From: the human T2T-CHM13v2.0 reference genome, Homo sapiens
DNA length: 64,000 nt
Reading direction: 5' to 3' (one strand)
NCBI RefSeq assembly: GCF_009914755.1
Contig: NC_060935.1
The notes beneath the pieces are model-generated. The model did no database searches. It saw only the letters and a program-made list of their open reading frames with translations, and was not told the origin of the DNA. The position numbers were made by a program, and so were the translations under genes. Below, piece by piece: positions 28,040 to 44,752 of the stretch. Positions within the stretch are counted from its first letter, which is position 1; every line of letters starts with the position of its first letter.

Positions 28040-29030
28040 CACAGCAGCGGGGTCCGCAGATTTAACCCTTTCCCCCCAGATTCCGGCACTGGGTGCCGCG
28101 CTCTCTCCCCCAGCACCGCGCCCGCGCCCCCGGCTCCCGGACTGGGCATGCTCAGTAGCCGCCCGCTTCGTGCTCCCAGGGAAGCCTCTGCACGCCCTCC
28201 CCCGCTGCTCTCGGTCGCCTCCTCGCCGCCAGCCGCCCCGGGTGCATCCCGGCTTGCTCCGCTCCACGCGACCCAGATTCCTGCCCCGCCCCCGCCCCTT
28301 CCGCGCCCGCAGCCAGTGCGGCAGCCGCGGCCGCCCCTGTCCAGCCTCGGCGCCCGGGACCGAGCGCGTCGCTCGCCGCCGCGGAGCGCGTAGCCGGAGC
28401 GCCTGGGGAAGGCGGAGATGAAGACCACGCCGCCGCGCGCCGGGAGCTGCTGAGCCTACCGCCGCCAGAGTCCAGGTGATTGGCGACCCCAGAGGAGCCT
28501 AGGGAGTAGGGGCGAATGCCCTTGGGGAGGAGAGAGGTGCGGCGAGGACGCGAGGCATCACGCAAGCTGCGCTGTGCCTGGGAGGCAGCAGAAATGCTAA
28601 GCATCGGGGGCAGAGAGGGAACGGGAATGAAAGTGCACTCTGCCTTGGTGCAGGGGCTCCGGGGTCACCCAGGACAGTGATTTCCCCTTCTATCCTGTCC
28701 TCCCAATTAACACCCGAGAGGCTGCAGGTCGGCGCGAGAGGCTGTTTGCATCTCGGCCCGGGCGTAGGTCGCCTAGCGACCTAACGCCGAGGGCTCGGGG
28801 AAGGGATCCCAGACAGAGCCAAAATGGAAGGCGGGACAAGGGCGGCCTGGCTGGGGCGAGGGGCTGGTCTGGGTCCCTGGGAACCCCTTGCCTTGTGGGC
28901 TTCGGTCTCCAGGGAGGAGCTAGGCAGCCGGGCTGCGGGGCCGCCGGACTGTGGGGTCCTCCGCGCAGCGAGCTGGGAGGAGCGGTCGGCTGGGCTGTTG
29001 AGCTGCGCCTCCTCCAACTGCTGGGAAACT
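28040..29030 (+). promoter_or_regulatory. ELMOD1: CpG island promoter of ELMOD1
   Basis: Very GC- and CpG-rich; tandem GC boxes gccccgccccgcccc at ~28283-28298; no TATA box; splice donor at 28475. Confidence 0.9.
28200..28475 (+). other. ELMOD1: ELMOD1 exon 1 (non-coding; 5' end approximate)
   Basis: Donor CAG|GTGATT at 28475/28476 within the CpG island; would splice to the acceptor at 55170, giving a ~26.7 kb intron. Confidence 0.75.
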
Positions 29031-29067
29031 CCGCACTTCAATATTGGAGCATCTCTTTCCCGGGCAG
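28824..29067 (+). other. Exon 1 of a nested two-exon transcript in ELMOD1 intron 1 (likely the LOC643923-type model); putative ORF part 1
   Basis: Strong Kozak gccaaaATGG at 28824; donor CAG|GTAGAA at 29067; 81 codons plus 1 nt. Confidence 0.5.
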
Positions 29068-29756
29068 GTAGAATTGGACAGCCGAGTGGGGAGTGACAGC
29101 TGACAGCTGACGGGGCTGTTAAAAGCAGAGCAGTGGAGTGTGGTGGTGGGGTGAGCTGTTGTGGGTGCTTTTTTTTGTTTTCCAAGTGTGGGTACGGGCT
29201 GTTCTGACTCAGTGTTTCTGCTCAACCTCTAAGCAGCGAGTTCGGTAACACATCTTATGAATATTTCAGGAACGACCTCACGGGCTCACTTGCTTCAGAT
29301 CAAGTTTAATGAATATGTTTGTCAGCCTTTCTGCTCTGCACAGTGCCCTGAGCTTTCCACATTTCATCCCTTTCCCCCACCACCTAGGAAAATACGCTGC
29401 TAACCCCCAGTGGGCCGTAGATTGGTACTATCAATTGAGTCTGTCATTTGGAGAGACCAATTTTGGGCAGGCATCCAGGCATTGTTCTGCATCTCTGCAA
29501 TGTATACGTTTTGTGCCGGTGGCTTGACAACCGTCCTTAACTGGTGCTGCCAATATGGTGGAAAGCAGGTAGTATGCTTGTATTGGGATAAATGTCTTAA
29601 TTCATTAACCTATTATGACAACACGTAGTTACAGCAGACTTAGTCATTCCCTCCCCCAGAAGTTTTCTCGGGGGTCAGTTTAGTTGGTATTTTGCCAAAG
29701 GCACACTCTTGTATCTACATTGGGAGGTATTTCTCTCATCTTAATCTTTTTCATAG

Positions 29757-30295
29757 GAAGAAGAAATAAATGTCTTCTCTGTAAGACATCACTGTCAAGA
29801 ACACTGAAAGAAGAACCCATTAACGTAGGGAACGTTGAGGACTGGAACAGGTTGTAGGGCGTCTTCCTACACTTTGGGTTATAACTTCCATTGCATCACC
29901 ACCATTTACCAGTAAACCAGCACACACAGCAATCAGTACTCGAAATGGTTCTCTTTTGCAGAAAAAGCCTGCTTTTCTCCCAGCTTTGGTGAGATAGATA
30001 CGTAATCTTCGTAAAGACCTATAAGGAATTCCTCTGTGGAACAAAATTTTAAGCCTCCAGTACAGGATGCTGAAAGAAGCAACTCTTTAATCTTGCCAGC
30101 CCATGCACAGTGAAGCTGAAGTGCTTCAATTTACAGATGTTTTACATTTAGGGAAGGCTTTTCCAACAAAGACCTACCGCAGTTACATCACAGGCTCCAC
30201 CTCCGCCTGCCAGGCTGCTTCTGCAAGGCTGTTAGTAAGGATACTATGTATTGCTGTGCTTGATTAATGAAGAAAATAAATCTCCAAATCAAAGA
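29757..30295 (+). other. Terminal exon of the nested transcript (ORF ends 29857; AATAAA 30275-30280)
   Basis: Acceptor tctttttcatag|G; in-frame 33 codons then TAG; AATAAA followed by a T/GT-rich downstream element. Confidence 0.5.
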
Positions 30296-30697
30296 TTTGT
30301 TTATTTCTCTTTTTGCATTCTGCTGATTTAATTGAAAATATGAAAATTTCAAAAATTAATACTTGCAGCCAGGACTTAACTGAGGCATGATAATAACTCT
30401 ATAAATGTTAGCTTTCCAAGAGATCTTAAGCAAAATTACAGTATTCTTTGTAAAATCTTCGATAAATTGTATTATAAGAAAAATTCTATGAAATGGACAA
30501 AATAAGTGAAAATGTCATGTAATAAATTAAGCAGCATTTCTTAAAGCACGTTACTGAGATGTTCAGAAAGAAACCTAGTTGCATTAACAGACATGAAATC
30601 TGGATGATTGAGAAGTTTGCGGAGCTTGCATACAAATCCCCAGGTGCATTAAAGGAAGCGTTCTCCGAGTCCTCTGAGAATTTTTAACAAAGCACTG

Positions 30698-30889
30698 TTA
30701 GGTTTTCCAGATTTAGCAAATAAAAAGGTGGGCTGCCCAGTTAAATTTGAATTTCAGATAAACAGTGAATTATTGTTTTTACCTATGTCCCATGTAATAT
30801 TTGGTACGAACTTATACTACAAAATATTATTAGTTGTTTATCCTAAATTCAGTTTCGACTGGGCAGCCTGTATTTTTCTGGCAACCTTA
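30698..30889. mobile_element. MER53 palindromic hAT MITE
   Basis: ttaggttttccagatttagcaaataaaaa...gctgcccagttaaatttgaatttcagataaaca...ctgggcagcctgtatttttctggcaacctta, with inverted arms. Confidence 0.8.
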
Positions 30890-33800
30890 GTTACTGGAAA
30901 TGTTTCATTCCTCCTTTTTGGGTCATTTATGGGTTGAAAAAATAAAGTGGAGCAGAAATCATATGCTGTTCTGCAGACAATCTGGGACAAGCTCAGTTCT
31001 GGTTCAAGCTTTTGAAAATAACTCATGCTTAAAAGTGAACAGTTTCACTTCAACACATATTGGTTGGGTATCTCTGCTTGCTAGGCTTAGTGGAAGGTGC
31101 CAAGGATGCAAAGATGACATGGGGAAATGGGGCAGGGGGAGGGATCTGCATCATAAGTTCTGGGAGTTGCTGTGCCAGTAGTGTGTGTTTATGGTGGTGG
31201 TGGAGGGGCGTGTCTACTGTAGGAGCCTAGAAGAGGCACTGAATTATGCTGGGCAGCTGTAGTCAGGGAGTGAGACGCCTAGCAGTTTTGACAGGGCTGG
31301 CCTTGAATAAGAGAGCGAGATCTTATCCTGGGCGAAAATGAGAAAAAAAAAAAATCTCTGTGTTAATAGTTAGTAGAGTGGTGCTGGAAGTTGAAGGATT
31401 TGATCTGATAGCCTCAGTGAGAGGACAGAGTGGCCTGCTGAGAATGAGGGAAGGGAGGGGGATTCTGAAAGAAAGATTTTAAATAGTTGCCAATGGGAAT
31501 GGAAGAGAGAGCTGAAAAGGGACAAGTGCAGGAATTAGCAAATGGTACTTCGGTGAATGGACCTCAGTGCATTTAAAATAGCAATTGATCTGCTCTTGAC
31601 TCATACCCTAAGTGCTAGTTTACTATTCTGTTACCATCTTGGTCTCCTCAGGTAAAAAGTTGTCATCACACAATACTGGAATATATCATTTAAATGTTTT
31701 ATTACAATTATATAAAAGTAGATAATTAAATATAATATTTGAGATGCCGATCAATAGTCAGTTTCTTCTTGGCACAAATTTCTGAAATAAGATAAGCAGA
31801 TGTCTTGGTTTTAGCAAATCTGTTGCTTCAAGTAGGAAAAGAAATTAAATTGAGATCATTTCTGATTTGATCCAGCTATCTTTAAAAAACTAGATTCTGA
31901 TGATGGAAAGAGTGTACATTTTACAGAAATAGCACTATGTGAAAATGACTCTATGCTTGTAGTACCACAGAGGACCTAGTCAGAATGTTCCAAATGCAGT
32001 TAATTCCAAAAAACTGGCACACCACATACATGTGTGTCTTTGAAGACCCAGAAGCTACTTTCATTATTGAATAACGTGGTAAATTTCCAGGAAAGTTGAT
32101 GATCAAACCACTGCAGTCCATGTAGAGAACAGTTACTCATTTCTTGAAGATTCCAATTTGCAGACTCCAGCAACTGATAATACAATGTCGTTCTAGATTG
32201 CCCTTCTGTCAATAAATCTGTTTTTTTTTTTTTGGAACCATCCTTCAGAAGAGCCTCATGTGTTTGAGTGTCCATATGTGTGGTTAAATTTCCACTTCAA
32301 TTTTATAATAAGGTCTTAAAATTATAAAAATTACCCTATACTAAAACTTATAACTAAGTAGCTCATTAGGGTCTTTTTTCTCAAATGATTATCCTTTCAA
32401 CAGAGCAGAAAACAGTTCTACTTCAGGTTTTTCTACTGTTCCTGTTTGCAATGTTTGCCAAACACATTCTGCCTTATAATTCTGATAGTATATGATAAAA
32501 AAATATGATCAAGAATGTATTGATGTTGCTAAAATTTCAAGGCAATTAGGCCATAGGTTTTGTTTTCAGCAAGGCTTCGCATGAACACGGCTTATTAAAG
32601 AAAGGCTTACTGCAGTAATCCTCAATGACAGTTTATGTGGAATATCACCCAGAGAGAACCTTAACTGAAATTGTGTGCCCAATTTACATTTTATATTCTA
32701 AGTCCTCAGTGGATACTCTGAATTTAAAGATTCTGAAGACAGTATGTTCTTTCATCCTGGGAGCTTTTAACCTTCCAACTCACTTATGCTGACCATGAGC
32801 AAGTCATATTTTATATCAGTTTCTATGCTGTAAAATGGAAGGTATGCAAATTAAAAAAATAATATTGTGCCAGCCCTAATCTCAGTATCTATAAAATAAA
32901 CTCTTAAGTGTTTCTATGGTTCCAAGGGATGAATAACTTTATTCTCAATGAAAGTAGATGATTTGTACAATGTCTGGGTACTCTATATGATATTTAAGAT
33001 GCCATCAAAATAATTCACAATTTGATTTTTTTTGCTTTTTTGGTGCAAGGCAAAATAATTGTGGCAAATGCCTAAGGAGAGCTTGTTAAGCCTTTTTAAA
33101 AAATCAGTCTCATGCAAGGCAATAACTGTAGATTCAAAAGTCTTTACATAACTTTTAAATGTTTCCATTTTAATTATTGGGATTAGGACTTGGGTAATTA
33201 GAATGCTGGTTTTAAGAGCTCATTTCAGCTGTTATAACTCTCCTTTCTATTTTTTATTTTTTTTGTGTACAAGTAGTTGGTGAAAGGCTACCATATGTTT
33301 TGAAGGTTTCATTCATAATGAAACTAATAATTTATTTATCTCACAGCTGTTTTTTGACTTAACAGATATCATCAGTGACATCAGAAACTCTGTTCCCTAA
33401 ATCTTTTTTACTTTACCAGTTGGCATTATCAATATTTAAAATGTGAATTAATCAATCTTTGGAATGAATTTACTGTACATTTCTTACTTTTTCCTTTAAA
33501 AGAATAGGAATATTCCGCTCTTCAGAATTTGGAAGCCAGATTTTCTGAAGATTCCATATTCCATAAACACTGACATGTTAATTTCAGATTTCCTTTGCTT
33601 TATAATCCACTGAAATGAGCAAAAACTTAAATAATTGCTTTTAGTTGAGAAGCTCAATTGTACATTCTCTTAAAATGATAAACATTTATCAAAGCTATTT
33701 AAATTAAAATGCCTATTATGTACATCATTAGTCATAATTTTAAAAGCCTTTATTAAAATACTTTACATAGAATTTTGACTTTCATATTCTGTCTCATGGA

Positions 33801-35189
33801 TAATGTATATGTAGCCCAATATGTGAATCCAATATATTAAAATCAAGACTTATGAAACAGATGGGTTGAGTTATAGTTTTTACTTCACTAAAGAGTTTTA
33901 TGCTGTACCAAAAATTTCCTCTACTATTCCTTTAAACTGTAGATAACCTGGAATATTTAAAATAGAGGCAGAATTATCAAATTTTTATATATACACAATC
34001 CCTCTAGCACACATTTATCAGCTAGAATATTGAGTAATCTTTATGGGTGAGGGGCAGAAATGAGATCTGGAATGTAGTGTCATAGCTGGGTTGATCAGCT
34101 ACATCCAAAGAATGTTCATAGGTATGGAAGCCAACATAGAAGCTGGTTTCTGTTGGTCTACCTTACAGCTCTTTATTTGACCATGACATTTCTACAATTT
34201 TATCAAGGACTCAGATGTACATAGATCATAATGCAAAGCTCAAAGCAATAGAGAATTTGGATGACAATCAGGATTAAATTTGAAATCTCTTAGCCCAGAA
34301 CAAGCACTGGAACTAAGATTATATTTTAAAAGGATGGATGTGAAGTTCATTTAGGTTCTAAAATCACTTGCTAAGGACATAGTGTAGAAGTCCTAGTTTA
34401 CCAACAGTTTGGTTTTCAAAAAATAGTTTTAGTTCACTTGAGCGTTAGCAAGCAGTACAGAAGAAATTAATGCTATACTTTGGTTGGATTCACAGATAAA
34501 TAGAGCCCAGATCTAAGAAGGTCAGAAACAAAAAATATAACATACTGTACTGAAAGTGATGCATTTTGGGCCACCTATCAAAGAGAGAGAATGCTTTTAT
34601 TGGGTAGGATGTTGATTCTGATGACCTTAAAAACACCTCCTAAATCTTATCCTGCAGTTTAAATTGAGCTCCCAGGCACTTATCCACGAATCTGCCAATG
34701 TCTAATTCAGCTTAGTAGCATATATGTGATAGATAACTATTGTACATCATTTCTTTGACTTATAATGAATGTATGATTTTATTCTTTTCCATGTGTTAGT
34801 TATTCCCTAGGTAATTAATCAATCTAACTAAAAATAGGTGCATCTGCTCTGTAACTAGCACTAGGTTAAATTAAAGAGCCTGTTTCCAGGTATTCTTTAA
34901 TAATCTAAGATCATATTTGAAATTCTAGTTCAAAATGATGATATGTATTTTGAGTAGCCATAAAATAGGCTTGTGTCCAAGTCCTAAAAATAAAATTGCA
35001 CAGCACACCTAATCAAATTAGACAACGATGGAAGATGAACATGTGTTTGTTCTGAGTGTACTCTACGTGTACTCTGTCATTACTCTGCATTGTGTTTTGA
35101 CTTTTCAAAGTATTTGTTTATAGCATACAGTGGACAACTGTCATTCTTTTTCAACAATGCCATCTGAATCTCTTTTCCATGTTGAGGGT

Positions 35190-35613
35190 TGTATTAGTGA
35201 AGGTTCTCCAGAAAAAAGGAGATATATTTATATTAAGAGACTTATTATGAGGAATTGGCTTACTTGACTATGGAGGCTGAGAAGTCCTACAATCTGCTGT
35301 CTGCAAACTAGAGACCCAGGAAATCTGGTGGTGTAATTCCAGTCCAAGGGCAAGAAAAGACTAATGGCCCAGCTTAGCAAGCAAGCAGGAGGCAAAAGCG
35401 GGTGAATTCTTCTTTCTTCTGCCTTTTTGTTCTATTCAGGCCCTCGATGGCTTGACAATGCCCACCCACACTGGGAAGGGGAAATGACTTACTGAGGCCA
35501 CCAATTCAAATGCTTATCTCATTCAGAAACACCCTCATAGGTGCACCCAGAAATAATGTTTAATCTGGGCACTCTTTGATCAGTCAAGGAGACACAGAGA
35601 ATTCACCATCACA
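35190..35613 (-). mobile_element. MLT2-type ERVL LTR nested in an older ERVL LTR (LTR33-like, ~35125-35995)
   Basis: tgtattagtgaaggttctccaga...gaggaattggct...ggaggctgagaagtcc...aattcaccatcaca; the host ends aaattccatttctgcttaagttggcagagctagattctgtttcttgca. Confidence 0.7.
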
Positions 35614-36516
35614 GGGGCTCTCTTACATGATGAGGCAGAGCCCACTCCCCACTCTAGGAGATGAAAGTGCCAGATGGTTCCTTTCCCCAAACCTCCTTGC
35701 ACCTGGGCCTGGGCCCATGATCCAAACTCTGCCCCAGTGGCAGATTTTCCAGTTGGCAGTGCCCCTTGACCAGTGCTGGAGCGTCAGTGGGGCCACTCCA
35801 GTCTGTGCCTGGTGGTGGCAGTAGAGGTGTCTTTACTGGGCCAGTTCTGTGTCAGCATTTCAAGTGTTATTTTTGGCTACATAGCCTCCATACCCAGTTC
35901 TCTAGCCCACCTGGAGATTTTGTGAGTTGCCTTCAGAACAAATTCCATTTCTGCTTAAGTTGGCAGAGCTAGATTCTGTTTCTTGCAGTGATAAACAGGG
36001 TGCGAGTCCATTTTTACGTGGGACCTATTGAGCACACAACACTGAGAAAGGCACAAAAGGAAATGCTTTTTCATTCTCTGAGTATTTATGGAATAAGGGA
36101 TCTTGCTTGGCATTGGCCAGAAGGAAAGACATACAAAGCTGGTATTTTCGAACTAGTGCTATGAGGACAAGTAGGAGGAGGTGGGGATACTACTGGCAAA
36201 CTTAAAGGGAGGGTAGATGTAATTCCATGGCTATGCTAATTTTAAAAATTGATTTAGTACAGAGATGAAGTGTTGGGATAAGAAAGGATACTTTTCAGGA
36301 AAATAAATACTGCATTTCATCCATTCCAAGAGAAAATTTTTTTCCTTCATTTTAACATTTATGAAATTAGGAAGCATTGTTAGAGTGTGCCATGTTTTAA
36401 TTGTTACTTTTTTCTGCTCAACTCGTCTACCATATTTTACTGAATCTAAAATGTCATTGACTTATACTATTATATTTTATACCTCTAAAGAAAAAGCTCA
36501 ATAAATAATTATTTTA

Positions 36517-36852
<336 letters not shown>

Positions 36853-38089
36853 CTAACAGCATACTGGGGACTCTCCAGACTAGAGGATTCAAAAAGACCC
36901 TAAGAGAACTAAGTCAGTTATAGAAATAATATGGGTTAGATACCAAATTCCTTTTCATTGTTGTTTCATAGTCTTCCAAAGCTATTAAAGAGCAACAGAT
37001 TTACCTCTAACTTCTGTTATAAACCAATTCAGGTGCTAATTATTATAGACTTTCTTGGCTGTAAAAAAAATACCTAGCATACCTGTGATGATTCTCAATT
37101 ATGTGGATGGCACCTTTTTTTTTAAATTTCATATACATCTAGAAGTACATAAGATAGTGTGAATCCCAGTAATTAAAAATCATCAAATCATGACCAATGC
37201 TGTTTGATCTCTAACCCTACCCTCTATCCATCCATATTATTTTGAAGCAAATCCCAGATACCATATGATTTCATTTATAAATACTTCAGTATGTATCTCT
37301 AAAAGAAAATGACTTTACAAAAATATACCCCTGGAAAAAAATTTATAATTTGTGGCATCTTTTTTTAGTAAATAAATTTTTTTAATTTAAGTTTTAAGCT
37401 ACTTTAGTCTTTGAAGGTTTTTTAAAAAACAGTAACAACAACAAATTAGGTCCACTTCAATGTCCACTGATGTCTTTTTTATGAAATGTGTATGATGCTA
37501 ACACGTCATATCACAGTTCTGCAACAATATCTCTTCTGATTTTTCATCCTGCAGCTTTCTTTTGAATATATGCTCTAGCTGAGGATTTGTGTAAAAAATA
37601 TTCTTACCATTTTCAATGCGGTGTTCAGAAAAGCCATATCTGACCCTTAATTATTTTTGGTCCTAAACGAAGGATTCATAATACCGTATCAAATGATTTG
37701 GACGTTCTGTTAGCTAATGAGCATACATCACGTTGAACCATGTCAACATTTGTTTACTCAAGCTCTTCCACATTCCTATTAAATATTTCCCACCCATCTT
37801 CATCTAATGTCAAAGCCAACACACACATCTGTAATGTGTGGCCTGATGGATACTGTCCTAGAATGGCTTAGGTTTTGGGAATTCCTCTACTTGTTGGAGG
37901 CAATGCTCTGGTTCCTCAAGCCTTAGTTTCTTCTTCTTCTTCTTCTTTTTTTTTTTTTAAAGTGTGGTTTAAGTCAAGGTTTAAAGGCACTGGATCTCAA
38001 GACGTGACTGGTGCCTCCATGTGGGCTAAAATCACAGCCCCATGGAATCTTCTTAAAATGTAAGTTTTTGTGTATATCAAAGGAACACT

Positions 38090-40966
<2,877 letters not shown>

Positions 40967-41582
40967 TTAAAAAAAAACAGTGTTAAATACATCAGCAATG
41001 TTGATTGTGAGATAGCTGGAAAACCAGGAGAACATGAGATCACAGAAGCCACAAAAAGGGCCTTTTAAGAAGCAGCTTTGCATGCGTTAGAAGCTGAATG
41101 AGACAGGACAGGAAAATGGAGCTTGGAGTAGAGCATACGCTGCCTTCAACCAAGCATGTACTTACTCACCCACCCTTTGTGTCGAGGTAAGAAGTGCTAA
41201 TCACTCCAGACATGTTTATGATCTGAGCTGTCTTCATGTTTTCTTTGTGTTAAAAGAAAGTTATCTTACAGTGTATGTATGGATACATACACTGGAGGGA
41301 CTGTGATAGGGCAAGGGAACCAGGGCTCAGAGACTGTGGAGTAAGAGTGTTGGGAGGCTCTTCAGTGAGGCTAAGAAGGATATGAGTTGCTCTATCAACA
41401 ACATATAACATATTCTGGAATTACTTAACCTGGCTTAACTTGAATAAAAATGTCAGAGTCAGGAAATGAGAGTCCTATAGTGTGATTTGCTGCAGGTCAT
41501 TAGTACTCATTTTCACCAACCGATAAATTCTTATGCAGAAGCATCACAGCCCGGAATTTGGAAGTAAGTAGGCTTCAGTCTT

Positions 41583-41730
41583 GCTATGTTTCATTGATTC
41601 TAAGATACTTTTTTCCCCCACATCACTAAAATTAGATGAATTGTAGTTTAATTGGCAGCATTTTGTTTTTCCTTAAGGGCACATAAAATAATGGTGAATT
41701 CTACCATTGATGGCACTGATGAAATACCAT
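41583..41730. mobile_element. TcMar-Tigger-like MITE
   Basis: ctatgtttcattgattctaagatac...ataaaataatggtg...gatggcactgatgaaatac, with inverted ends. Confidence 0.5.
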
Positions 41731-42248
41731 TGAAAAGAATAAAATAATATTCACTCAGCAAACATCTGTCAAGCCATGCATAATTATAGCTCTAAAGTGT
41801 GTTAAAAACTACTTTTTTGCTTTACCTTATGAATTGTTGCAGACGCCCAGTCTAAATGGTCGAATTCCTTTAAATGAATGCTATTACCTCTTCTGCACAG
41901 TCAGGGTTAGCATTGCCTTAAGAGCAGAGTACCCTGCTTGCCTCCAAGCTGCTGGAAATGCCCCAATTTGCCTGAACTTTCCTGTCAGATGTTTCTAGAT
42001 AAATGTTTTCACTATGTTCTGATTGTATAAAAGCAAACATTTTGCCAAAAGCATCAGATTATATTGGCAAAATTATGTCCATTTAATTTTTATGCAAACA
42101 TAAGTTTATTATTTTATCATGGTTTTATTGTGAAATTTAAACTAAAATATAACATTGAGAATTTACAAAATTCAGATGATTTTGGGGGCAAAACAGATAA
42201 ATATATGTATTTTAAAATCTCCTTATTCTTTTGTAGCTGAGAGATGAA

Positions 42249-42567
<319 letters not shown>

Positions 42568-43611
42568 TGAGAGATGAATTTCATCAATCCTGCATCCTCC
42601 CATTTTGCTGCCTCCATGAAAACAGTGCGTAAGATGTAGGCAACCGCAGTGAAATTCAGAAAGACACTGACTTTGAAACAGATCATAAATACATTTGCAG
42701 GCAGCCCTGAATTCTGTGGCTGGGATGGACCTCCCTTGCTATAAATCATAAAAATTAACTCTGGATGAGTGTTTTATTCATGAGGGGAAAAAACCTTCTT
42801 TGTTGTCATTTTAATGAGTGTCAGCAGTGTTTTTCAGGCTAGTCACTGGGAGAGGAAAGGAAAATTCTGGAATGTGGCCTCAGGGAGATCTTTATGCACA
42901 AGCATTGTACCTCTAATATGAGATGCAGCATAGCCTGTGTGAAATGTAAATGGATAATTTGAAAGATTTTTCATTTGTATGTGATGGTAATTTTTCGTGT
43001 CGCTTCTTTCTCTCCTCATGTGCATAGCTGTATAAAGTCAAAAAATTGCATTTTATTCATGCTTCAAATGCTCAAAAATAACCTTAGAAAATTTTCTTTT
43101 TCTTTTCTTTCCTTCTCTTTCTTTCCTTGCCCGTTCCTTCTCTCCTCTCTCATTTTGTTTCATGTAGTAGAGTCTTACTGAATTATATCCTTTGAAATCC
43201 ATGAGTCCCTCACCTGTCTAGGTCTTCCTTGCATAGGCATAGTGCTTCTTAGGCTCTAACGACATATGAAGCAGGATGCAAACTTAGCCATTATCTCAAT
43301 TTGCTAATTCAAACCTAAGTGAATCTGATACTTGGCCCATCTGATTTCAGAAGACTGACCCCTTGTGTTTGTGGGTTGGCTCAGCGGGAACCCAGCTCCT
43401 CACATGGCAGGTGGCTTACCATCTACTCATCTACAAACCATCTGTGCTCTTGCCTGATGTTCCCTCAGAGACGTGCTTCTGCTAGGAGGGCAGGCTTATT
43501 TTGGAGAACTTTTTCTGATTTCTTGAAAACCATCCACAGACATGCATATGTGCAGAACATAATAAAGAATTAATGGGAGCTGTGACAGGAATTAATTACA
43601 TCTTAAAACTA

Positions 43612-43896
<285 letters not shown>

Positions 43897-44439
43897 CTAC
43901 ATCGGTTTCAGTTACCTGTTAGTTTTGGCCTTTTTCTACTTTTTCAGTTGCCTTTTTAACAAAGAGAGTAAATTTCAAGTGTCTCACCACAAAAAATGTA
44001 ATGAGATGATAGATATGTTAATTAGCTTGATTTAATCTCTCCACTTTCCATATACATACATACTAATCATAGTGTGATACAATTATGATTTGTCAATTAA
44101 AAATCATATAAATACAGAATAGCGTCCTTTCTCCTCCATTTTACCTCACCCAGACAATAGCCATCACTGAAGAAGGGGTGGAAAAAGAGAAGCCTGTATC
44201 TGTTTCTGTTTGATTCCAAAATCTCCACTTGATGGGCTGATTGAGGGATGTCACTATTTTGATTTCATCAGACTCTAGAAGGGCCACATGTACATACTGT
44301 CAGACCATTCAAGAGAGAAACTAAAATTTTTCACATACATTAAAGAGAATTTACTAGTAGTTTTTAATTGTCATTGAAACTTTCTCAATTACTTTTAGAA
44401 AAGCTTTAAAGTGACACAATATAATAAAGAAATAGGGCA

Positions 44440-44752
44440 GGCCAGGTGCAGTGGCTCATGCCTGTAATTCCAGCACTTTGGGAGGCTGAGGCAGGCGGAT
44501 CACTTTAGCTCAGGAGTTCAAGACCAGCCTGGGCAACATTGTGAGACCCCTGTTTCTACAAAAAAATACAAAAAATAGCCAGGCATGGTGGCATGCACTT
44601 GTAGTCCCAGCTACTTGGGAACCTGAAGTGGGAGGATCGCTTGAGCCTGGGGGTCCAGGCCACAGTGAGCTGTGATTGCACCACTGCACTCCAGCCTGGG
44701 CGCCAGAGTGAGAACCTGTCTAAAACAAACAAACAAACAAACAAACAAACAA
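44440..44752 (+). mobile_element. AluJ with (AAAC)n tail
   Basis: J-type ggaggatcgcttgagcctggg; tail aaacaaacaaac. Confidence 0.9.

Noticed and set aside
27920-28604. Overlapping 83-157 aa ORFs on both strands
   Set aside because: These are stop-poor CpG-island frames with Pro/Ala/Arg/Gly low complexity and no recognisable domain.
28661-28680. REST/RE1-like ggtcacccaggacagtg
   Set aside because: Only the right half matches; the left TCAG is missing.
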